Assembly: GCA_046570105.1 (NCBI GenBank)
Contig: JBKHVI010000067.1
Coordinates: 1 to 13,048 of the forward strand
Origin: Bacteriovoracia bacterium
Lineage (GTDB): Bacteria > Bdellovibrionota > Bacteriovoracia > Bacteriovoracales > Bacteriovoracaceae
Direction: 5' to 3'
Length of the DNA: 13,048 bases
Every line of letters starts with the position of its first letter. Position 1 is the stretch's first letter. Below are positions 1 through 6,492 of the stretch, in pieces. The position numbers and the translations under genes were made by a program. The notes below the pieces were generated by a model, which saw only the letters and a program-made list of their open reading frames with translations, had not been told where the DNA came from and did no database searches.

Positions 1-1
1 G

Positions 2-241
2 GGCTCACAGGTGCGTGTCTACAACATGGTGGCCGGCTATCAAACAAATAGCGAAGGTGGCCGTAATATCTCGATGGCAGTTATGGGTGAAGATTCCTTT
101 GTTCAGTATGACACCAACACTGTTGACTCAAGGAAAGTGAGTGTGGGCCATATGATTGGTAATAGCGGCAAGGCCGCGATTACCTTTGGAACCGATCTAG
201 AAAAAAAGAGCCATGAAGTTCAGATCGTCGTTTTCTTCTAA
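2..241 (+). CDS. 3' end of a gene truncated by the window edge; probable outer-membrane beta-barrel protein
   Basis: The frame is open from base 2 (GSQVRVYNMVAGYQ...), so the GTG at 11 is probably internal. It has alternating polar/hydrophobic beta-like segments and ends HEVQIVVFF with a terminal Phe, resembling a BAM beta-signal. Stop TAA is at 239-241. Confidence 0.5.
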   Translation, partial: GSQVRVYNMVAGYQTNSEGGRNISMAVMGEDSFVQYDTNTVDSRKVSVGHMIGNSGKAAITFGTDLEKKSHEVQIVVFF

Positions 242-1866
242 GAAACTTTTCCTTCGCGCATCTTCCACAGCAACTGAGAAAGATAGGGACGACGTTTCTC
301 ACCTGTGGCCACCATCAAAAGCTTCGTAATCTTTAAATTCTCTGCATCGGTAAATAAGAGAATCAAGAGTTCTTGGATGTAGTTAGTGTCCAGGGTGACG
401 TAGTTGTCAGTCCCCACGCCAAGCTTCACACCTTTCTTTTCCCACCATGAAAACGGATGGTCTTTGTAATCAGGAAAGCAGGTGGTGAGCTTGTTATTAG
501 AAGAGGGCAGGGCAATCAATGAGACGCCCTTGTTGATCATACGATTAAGAACGTCATGCTGGTAGTGCTCAACTTCACGTGCAGTATGGAATTTTACCTT
601 CACAAAGAGTTTTTGTTCCTCGGGAGTGAGAGGTTGACCATCAAAAAGCTTGTCGCGAATATTTTCATGCTCGCGCCACTCCATCTCCATCAGTTCCTTG
701 TATTCAGCTGAGCCAGGCGGGATGGGAGTTTCATTCTCATTAGCGGCAACTAAGCGCAGATACATGGAATGATAATAATAATTCGGATTAATCCCTAACG
801 AGAGGCCATGTTCGAGAGTATCGATGTGCCAGATGTTAAGAGAGTTATCCACCGCTTGAACACCTCGGCGCAATGTGTGCCAGGTTTCTCCGTGGTGGGA
901 GCGAATTTTAAAGCCCTTGTAGTGGAGTTTTCTAAAGCCTTGCTGCATTTCAAGGAAATGACCTTTACGGTAAAGATCACGTTCATTACCAACGGTATCG
1001 ACTTCACAGAGATGTTTTCCTAGCTCAGGATAACGATCAATCATCATGAGAATTTCATCGCATTGATGGAGGAAGTGATCTTTTTTGGTGGTAAAGCGTT
1101 TGTTGTCCCAAAAGTCAGCTTCTTTTCTAAAGCAGGGACTTAAAATGAAATCAAACTCAGGCACTTCACTCTGATAAGTTTTAAATCCTTCATACAGTCC
1201 TAGAACGACATCTTCTTCCGTGAGATTTTCTAGGCCTGGGATATTTTCCTCAGCATCTGATGAAACACGAGAGAGTGTAAATTTAAGACGAATTGTACCG
1301 ACGTTATACTTCTCATAAAGATCTCGCGCCATATGGTAGGCGGCCTGCTTGTGCATCTCGCGAGACGTAAGAATAAGTTTAGGAAGTAGCAGAATCTTTA
1401 AGTATCGATCAAAGAACTCATCATCTTTAAGACGAATCAAATTATCGACATCTTCCACGGTTTTAATGTTGGAGCTTCCTGGTCCCCAGATTTTTTCAAT
1501 CTTGTCGCGATAAAGCTGTCCATCAACTCCTGCAAGGCGCTCCATCAAATGTGGGAAAATAAATTCCGCAGTCAGCGACCCAGTTAAGTGAATGTGTTCC
1601 TCAATATAGGGTTTAGGGAAGCGTTTAAAGAAAGTCGCTAGCGCTTCTGCCACCGGATGCTGCAAAAGTGTCTTGATGTCCATTTCATCTTGCTGGAAGC
1701 CCGCTAAAAGACGCTTAAATTCAATTAGAGTTTTTTTGATGAGCGGATTGTCTTGTTTACTTTCGTTCAAAGTCGCAAGTTCTAGAGTATCAACCAACGT
1801 GATGCCATTGGTCTCAGCGATGATGCGAGTGAGGTGATCGGAGAGGGCATCTTGAAACTTACTCAT
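238..1866 (-). CDS. Adenosine/AMP deaminase family metallo-amidohydrolase (TIM barrel), divergent, 542 aa
   Basis: The ADA-family motifs occur in order: PKPYIEEHIHLTGS (HxH, H91/H93), EVDTVGNE, RSHHGE (H324, E327; cf. HAGE), TLEHG (H353; cf. RIGHG), LPSSNN (cf. CPTSN/SPLSNN), DHPF and GVGTDN (D487; cf. NTDD). An AGGAAG SD-like sequence precedes ATG 1866. Confidence 0.85.
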   Translation of the reverse strand: MSKFQDALSDHLTRIIAETNGITLVDTLELATLNESKQDNPLIKKTLIEFKRLLAGFQQDEMDIKTLLQHPVAEALATFFKRFPKPYIEEHIHLTGSLTAEFIFPHLMERLAGVDGQLYRDKIEKIWGPGSSNIKTVEDVDNLIRLKDDEFFDRYLKILLLPKLILTSREMHKQAAYHMARDLYEKYNVGTIRLKFTLSRVSSDAEENIPGLENLTEEDVVLGLYEGFKTYQSEVPEFDFILSPCFRKEADFWDNKRFTTKKDHFLHQCDEILMMIDRYPELGKHLCEVDTVGNERDLYRKGHFLEMQQGFRKLHYKGFKIRSHHGETWHTLRRGVQAVDNSLNIWHIDTLEHGLSLGINPNYYYHSMYLRLVAANENETPIPPGSAEYKELMEMEWREHENIRDKLFDGQPLTPEEQKLFVKVKFHTAREVEHYQHDVLNRMINKGVSLIALPSSNNKLTTCFPDYKDHPFSWWEKKGVKLGVGTDNYVTLDTNYIQELLILLFTDAENLKITKLLMVATGEKRRPYLSQLLWKMREGKVS

Positions 1867-1874
1867 ATTACTTC

Positions 1875-2525
1875 CTAAAAAGACAGGCCCTGGGTAGCGG
1901 CGCGTGGGGTACTATTTAATAAATCGGTGAGACGTTCACGATTTAAAAGATCTTTGCCATTTAAAAACTCAATTAATTCATTCATCGAGTCGACTCCCCA
2001 AAAAAGTTCGTCTTTTACGACAAAACTGGGCACACCATAAACACCAAAGCTAATTGCGCGGGCGATATTCGCCTTGAGAACTTTTTTCGCTTCTGGCGTA
2101 AAACTTTTTTCATACAGCTCTTCGGCCGGTAGATGAGCATTTTTTAAAACTCGAATGAGTTCATCGGGCTCACCCATATCAATACGATCGACCCAACCGG
2201 CTTCCCAAAGTGTTTTGACGACTTGAGGTTGAAGATCATGGGCGACTTCTTTGAGGGAGAGTCGAAGAGCGTAAAGTGAATTAAACGGATGAGTCTTAGG
2301 AGTCGTGAATGGAATATTATGACGAGTGCTATGGCGCAGACATTGCTTCAAAAGAAATTCGCGCTTGGGCTGAACTTCCCCTGGCCCCTTAATTCCCCAG
2401 TGATTTAACAGCGGCCCCAGGGCGACGGGCACTAATTCTACTTCAGATTTAAGCTCGGGCAGACGCCGCCAAGCAAAGTAGGAAAAGGGCGAGAGATAAT
2501 CAAAGAAAAAGCTGACGTTTGGCAT
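1875..2525 (-). CDS. 2-hydroxychromene-2-carboxylate isomerase / kappa-class glutathione transferase (DsbA-like fold), 216 aa
   Basis: The N-terminal FFFDYLSPFSY carries Ser in place of the CxxC motif, as in kappa GST. PFNSLYALR and C-terminal GVYGVPSFVVKDELFWGVD also fit the family. Start reassigned to ATG 2525 (MPNVSFFF), which has GAAGGTG upstream; the longer start at 2810 is rejected. Confidence 0.88.
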   Translation of the reverse strand: MPNVSFFFDYLSPFSYFAWRRLPELKSEVELVPVALGPLLNHWGIKGPGEVQPKREFLLKQCLRHSTRHNIPFTTPKTHPFNSLYALRLSLKEVAHDLQPQVVKTLWEAGWVDRIDMGEPDELIRVLKNAHLPAEELYEKSFTPEAKKVLKANIARAISFGVYGVPSFVVKDELFWGVDSMNELIEFLNGKDLLNRERLTDLLNSTPRAATQGLSF

Positions 2526-2722
2526 AGTTAACACCTTCTGTGCCTTTTTATGTTGCCACTTTTTCCAGGGAAGGGCGAGATGAACCTCTATCAGGGAGAG
2601 AAGATAAGTGCTTGAGTTGAGTGGCAAATGCACATTTTTGTCTTGAAATTGCCAAGTCACGCTAAACTCGCTTTCACCAGTTCCTGATTCGAATTTAGTA
2701 TCGCGTGGGACGTTTCTCCAAG

Positions 2723-2738
2723 TGGCACGTATGTTGTA
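2723..2738 (+). promoter_or_regulatory. Putative sigma-54 (RpoN) -24/-12 promoter for the lipoprotein gene
   Basis: TGGCACGTATGTTGTA versus consensus TGGCACG-N4-TTGCW. The GG-N10-G spacing is exact, with one deviation (GT for GC at -12). It lies about 50 bp upstream of ATG 2788 in a long intergenic region. Confidence 0.6.
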
Positions 2739-2787
2739 AGCGAACACTGAATTCAACCTGTCAGACGACGTCTGTCGGGAGTTAAAT

Positions 2788-3594
2788 ATGAGTATTTCAC
2801 GTTTGTTCAAGTCTCTCCTGGTCTCTAGTTCTCTGCTCTTGCTCGCTTCCTGTGGTGGCGATGGTCAAGTGCAAATCGTCAAAGGTTTGAAAGTAGAAAC
2901 GACTGTCGTCAATAACGAAGTCAATCTGCGCATCTCTTCTGACATCGACTTCGGTAATATCTTTTTTCCAAGTCTGCAAATTCCAATCTTCCGCGACAAC
3001 CGTCAGATTGGTTCAGTTTCCATGATTCCAGTTTTAGGTTCAAAAACTCAGTTAGTGGTTGAAGTGAATGCTTCGGCGATGGCGGATTTGAACGTGGGTC
3101 CAGTTCTTCTTCCTAACGGCACACTTGCTCCTTTGATTGGTACTAACACTGCTATCTCGGTTGATTTAGGTAACCGCGCTAAGCTTTATGTCGCTGCTGC
3201 CACCAACGCTTATGCGCTTGGTGTGGCGATTCCAATCTCGGGCCTTGATTCAGTTGGCCAGTCTTTGGGTGGATTGAATTTCTTCCCTATGTTCTCTATT
3301 GATAAGGCGATTGGTGCTGCTGGTATCTTCGCTAGCCGTGAAGCAGGTAAATCAGGTTTCGGATTCTTTGTTGATATCACTCAATATGTTCAAGGTTTGA
3401 ACTGGGGTGCTCCAGCAGTTGCTACCAGTGCAAAAGCCGCTCGTGCTCAAGCTCTCTTAGCAGTTGATGCTGCTAGCTCTATGCGCGAAATCAAACTTGA
3501 TTACACAGAACTTCGTCCAAGCTCTAAGACTAAAAAGAAATTGGATAGCTTGCTCTATAACATGCACAAAAGAAAAGTTCGCCTTGCTCGCTAG
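2788..3594 (+). CDS. Uncharacterised lipoprotein, beta-rich, 268 aa
   Basis: Signal peptide with lipobox LLAS-C22; GGGAG SD at 2777-2781; followed by a terminator. No family motif recognised. Confidence 0.8.
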   Translation: MSISRLFKSLLVSSSLLLLASCGGDGQVQIVKGLKVETTVVNNEVNLRISSDIDFGNIFFPSLQIPIFRDNRQIGSVSMIPVLGSKTQLVVEVNASAMADLNVGPVLLPNGTLAPLIGTNTAISVDLGNRAKLYVAAATNAYALGVAIPISGLDSVGQSLGGLNFFPMFSIDKAIGAAGIFASREAGKSGFGFFVDITQYVQGLNWGAPAVATSAKAARAQALLAVDAASSMREIKLDYTELRPSSKTKKKLDSLLYNMHKRKVRLAR

Positions 3595-3610
3595 TTCTTA
3601 GCTTGCAGAT

Positions 3611-3646
3611 AAAAAAAGAGGGCCCCATTTGGGGCCCTTCTTTATT
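3611..3646. terminator. Bidirectional intrinsic terminator between the convergent lipoprotein gene and rpsU
   Basis: A-tract (3611-3617), perfect 8-bp GC-rich stem AGGGCCCC-attt-GGGGCCCT (3619-3638), then a T-rich tail TCTTTATT. Confidence 0.9.
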
Positions 3647-3649
3647 GAA

Positions 3650-3889
3650 CTAGATTTTACGGGTGATACGATTTTTCGAGATAGTCTTGCGGCGACGTTT
3701 CTCAGCGTTCTCACGCTTCTCACGATCTTTGATCGATGGCTTCTGGTAGTACTCACGAGCGCGGTACTCTTTCACGATGCCGTAAGCATCACAAAGACGT
3801 TTGAATTTCTTCAACGCTTTATCAACGGCAAAACCGTCAGTGACTTCGAGACGGACATTTTCTCCAGCTTCTTTTTCTCTATGGGCCAT
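3650..3889 (-). CDS. rpsU: 30S ribosomal protein bS21
   Basis: VDKALKKFKRLCDAYGIVKEYRAREYYQKPS matches the S21 signature (ALRRFKR...G...E.R.RE.YEKP). The protein is highly basic, 79 aa, with an AGAGG SD. Confidence 0.95.
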   Translation of the reverse strand: MAHREKEAGENVRLEVTDGFAVDKALKKFKRLCDAYGIVKEYRAREYYQKPSIKDREKRENAEKRRRKTISKNRITRKI

Positions 3890-3960
3890 GGTTTTCCTCT
3901 AGGCGTTAGTGGTCTAAAAAAGTCACCCTAGGCTAGCACAAGGTCGTAAAAAGGCCAGAG

Positions 3961-4929
3961 TCACCCCTCGAAATAGGGGTGAAGCGTCAAGTCAAACTCG
4001 GCATAAAGAGGAAAATGATCAGATGGGAGCATGCGCTTTTGATTGATATCCACGGGCACAGGAAGAGGACGGCCATCGCTTGTCACATAGCGAGGAAAAA
4101 TCACACTCTGCGGCACGAGAATCTTTTGCGCAGAAGTATTGGTGAATAAATAATCTAGCTGCTGAACAATGCGCTGGTTGCCTGCTCGAAAATGAACATA
4201 GCTAAAACGATCCTCTTCCGGAATGTGAGAAAAGTGAACGACATCTTTTAAATCCACGCGGTGATAGAGTGGCAAAAATTCTGGCTCTGGATTGGGCCAG
4301 CGAGCATCACCGTTAAAATCACCACCCAAAAGCAGCGGCACCTGTGAATCAAGCTTTGAAACAATTTGCGCTAGGCCATGGACTTCTACCGCTCGACGAG
4401 TGCGGCCCTCAAAGTCTTCACGATTTTTATCCAGCTTAGATTTCAAATGCACTAAGAGCGTATGAAACCAAACTTTGTTATTAAGAGACAAATTCAAAGA
4501 CAAAACATCGCGAGAAAAACGGGTGTATCTAGCGTGGGGGAGTACTTCATCACGATGCGATTTTAATTGCACGCTCCATGGGCCTTTGACTAAAAAACCC
4601 ATATCAATTCCGCGGTCAGAATTACTCTCTAAAAGATGGCTCTGCCAGCGGCCTTTAAGGAAGTGACGATTGAAATTTTCCAGTGATTCTATGCCGCCAA
4701 CCTCGGTCATAAAGATCAAATCGGGATCAATATTGAGCAGAGTGGTGGCGAGGTCGCGTGTTTTTTGCAGTGGCTTATTGTCGAGCATGCCAGCATTGGA
4801 GAGCTGCCACTTAGGCTCAGTCATCTGGCCCATCTCTGTGCCATCCCAGCGCTCAAGAAAAACGAAAAGATTTTCCGCATTCAAGACGAGGACTTTTAAC
4901 AGGCGAGGTTGGTCGGTAGCTTTTGCCAT
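3961..4929 (-). CDS. Endonuclease/exonuclease/phosphatase (EEP) family protein
   Basis: EEP catalytic motifs are present in order: LNAENLF, PDLIFMTEV, SRD, VHLKSK, GGDFN, QLDY, SDHFP. Confidence 0.9.
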   Translation of the reverse strand: MAKATDQPRLLKVLVLNAENLFVFLERWDGTEMGQMTEPKWQLSNAGMLDNKPLQKTRDLATTLLNIDPDLIFMTEVGGIESLENFNRHFLKGRWQSHLLESNSDRGIDMGFLVKGPWSVQLKSHRDEVLPHARYTRFSRDVLSLNLSLNNKVWFHTLLVHLKSKLDKNREDFEGRTRRAVEVHGLAQIVSKLDSQVPLLLGGDFNGDARWPNPEPEFLPLYHRVDLKDVVHFSHIPEEDRFSYVHFRAGNQRIVQQLDYLFTNTSAQKILVPQSVIFPRYVTSDGRPLPVPVDINQKRMLPSDHFPLYAEFDLTLHPYFEG

Positions 4930-4979
4930 AGGGAGCGAAGTGTTTTTGTTTGTTTTATCATAACGTGGAAGGAGCTCTT

Positions 4980-5534
4980 ATGCGCAGTTTTTTATTCCTC
5001 GCCTTGTTACTTACCTCGACCGGACTTTGGGCACAAACTGTTCGCTTTGAGCCGCTCTATGGGGTCGAGCATACCCAAAATCGTTATCCAGAACCGGCCC
5101 GTTATTCAACTCGGACATTTTTTGGTCTGAGAGTCTTAGCGGGTGTTCCGTTGATTTCACTTGAGCTGGAAGGAACACAGTCTAACTCACGACGAGACTA
5201 TCCGGGAGATAATGAGAAGGTTGAGGATGAAGTCCAGCGCGCCATGGTGGGTCTGCGCTCCACCTATGCCATAGCTTCATACTTAGCTTTCTATTTGCGG
5301 GCCGGAGCACGCGCGACTAAAGAAAAGACGACCATTACTGACACCTTAACCGACGAAAAAGAAGTCAAAGAGCCGCCTCTCTATTGGGATCCCTATGCCG
5401 GAACAGGTGTGCAGATCTCAGTTGCTAATAATCTTGCCTTAAGTGCCGGCGCCACTTGGGTTTTCACTGATTCAGGTCGACCTGACGTGCAGTACACCTT
5501 TGGATTCACCGTCAAATTTGGTCAGGCTCGTTAA
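4980..5534 (+). CDS. Small outer-membrane beta-barrel protein (OmpA/OmpW-like size), 184 aa
   Basis: Start reassigned to ATG 4980, which follows a GAAGGAG SD. It has a Sec signal peptide (MRSFLFLALLLTSTGLWA), about 8 amphipathic strands (FYLRAGARA, PYAGTGVQI, LALSAGATW) and a last strand VQYTFGFTVKF. Confidence 0.75.
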   Translation: MRSFLFLALLLTSTGLWAQTVRFEPLYGVEHTQNRYPEPARYSTRTFFGLRVLAGVPLISLELEGTQSNSRRDYPGDNEKVEDEVQRAMVGLRSTYAIASYLAFYLRAGARATKEKTTITDTLTDEKEVKEPPLYWDPYAGTGVQISVANNLALSAGATWVFTDSGRPDVQYTFGFTVKFGQAR

Positions 5535-5611
5535 GTTTAGCTGCCTAGCGATTTGATTTTAATCTATTCCCCGTGCATGCTTTGAGTATCAAACATGTAG
5601 TGAGGTGAAAG

Positions 5612-6481
5612 ATGAAGACCTATTTTTTAAGTCTAGTATTGGTTTCAGCGTTAGTAGGATGTGCTTCTAGTCGTCGCAGCGGCTTCGATGCAAAAGATGC
5701 TGTCACACAAGTAACTAGCAAAGAAGTCAATCAACTCAAAACTCAAGCGCGCGCCGCTTGGGGTGAGCGTCATATCAAAGAAAAACTGCAAGATTCAATC
5801 AACAAGTGGGAGCAACTCTCACGCACCAGTGGTGCAGACGGCGAAACCTTCCGTGCTTTGACTCACGGTTACTACTTACTCGCTGATACTCACGAAGAAG
5901 ATATCGAAATTAAAAAAGCACTTTGGGAAAAAGGTGCGGCCTTCGGTGAGCGCGCCATGGCGATGAATCCTGCCTTCAAAGCGGCGATGGATAAAAAATC
6001 TTCATTGGAAGACGCACTTTATCTTTTAGGTAAAGAAGATGCAGGGGCGATGTACTGGACGGCCGCCAATCTTGGCAAATGGGCGAAGCATTCAGGGATT
6101 GCCACTCAATTGAAATACAAAACTCGTATCAAGGCCCTTATCACTGCGACAGAGAAAGTGAATCCTACTTTCTTCCACGGTGCCATTGCTCGTTACTGGG
6201 GAGCCTTTTATGCTGTAGCTCCTGGCTTTGCTGGTGGTGATATCAACAAATCAGAAAAGTCATTTAAGAAATCTTTGGAACAAGCGCCGCACTATTTGGG
6301 TACCAAGGTGTTGTTGGCAGAAGTTTACTACACCAAGAAACAAGACAAAGCGGCTTTCATTAAAACGCTTAAAGAAGTGCTGGCCACAAAAGACGATATT
6401 TCAAAAGAACTCACTCCAGAAAATATCCTCGAGAAACGCAAGGCTGAAAAACTCTTGAAGCAAGTTGACGAATTATTCTAA
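5612..6481 (+). CDS. TRAP transporter TatT-family component (TPR-like lipoprotein of TPAT systems)
   Basis: Lipobox LVG-C17; helical TPR-like sequence with YWTAANLG, FFHGA, APGFAGGDINKSEKSFKKSL and VLLAEVY, the pattern of TatT proteins. It sits directly upstream of dctP-Q-M and has a GAGGTG SD. Confidence 0.82.
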   Translation: MKTYFLSLVLVSALVGCASSRRSGFDAKDAVTQVTSKEVNQLKTQARAAWGERHIKEKLQDSINKWEQLSRTSGADGETFRALTHGYYLLADTHEEDIEIKKALWEKGAAFGERAMAMNPAFKAAMDKKSSLEDALYLLGKEDAGAMYWTAANLGKWAKHSGIATQLKYKTRIKALITATEKVNPTFFHGAIARYWGAFYAVAPGFAGGDINKSEKSFKKSLEQAPHYLGTKVLLAEVYYTKKQDKAAFIKTLKEVLATKDDISKELTPENILEKRKAEKLLKQVDELF

Positions 6482-6492
6482 AGGACAGATAC

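Noticed and set aside
238..1866. Calling this a RADAR anti-phage system
   Set aside because: There is no adjacent RdrA AAA+ ATPase, the protein is shorter than I expect for RdrB, and the context is not a defence island. Only the motif layout is reminiscent.
2553..2654. Other TGGCA copies as additional sigma-54 promoters
   Set aside because: None has TTGC or TTGT at the required GG-N10 spacing.
2526..2787. Riboswitch or ncRNA in the long intergenic region
   Set aside because: No recognisable aptamer consensus or terminator by eye. An Rfam/Infernal scan would settle it.
2526..2810. 95-codon N-terminal extension of the HCCA-isomerase ORF in the track (1875..2810)
   Set aside because: The family domain begins at MPNVSFFFDYLSP with its own SD. 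The extension overlaps the divergent gene's start and promoter and does not look like protein, so it is probably a chance open frame.
3629..3931. 100-aa hydrophobic plus-strand ORF
   Set aside because: It is the antisense shadow of rpsU, starts at a TTG inside the terminator loop, and its hydrophobicity mirrors the Lys/Arg/Glu codons of bS21.
3890..3960. Sigma-70 promoter for rpsU (TG-c-TAGCCT extended -10 on the minus strand)
   Set aside because: The -35 match is poor and the -10 only partial, too weak to list as a feature.
3961..4929. EEP protein as a defence or retroelement nuclease
   Set aside because: There is no reverse transcriptase, partner gene or mobile context; it looks like a stand-alone housekeeping EEP enzyme.
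4950..4979. TTG start for the beta-barrel ORF
   Set aside because: ATG 4980 has a strong SD and gives a clean signal peptide.
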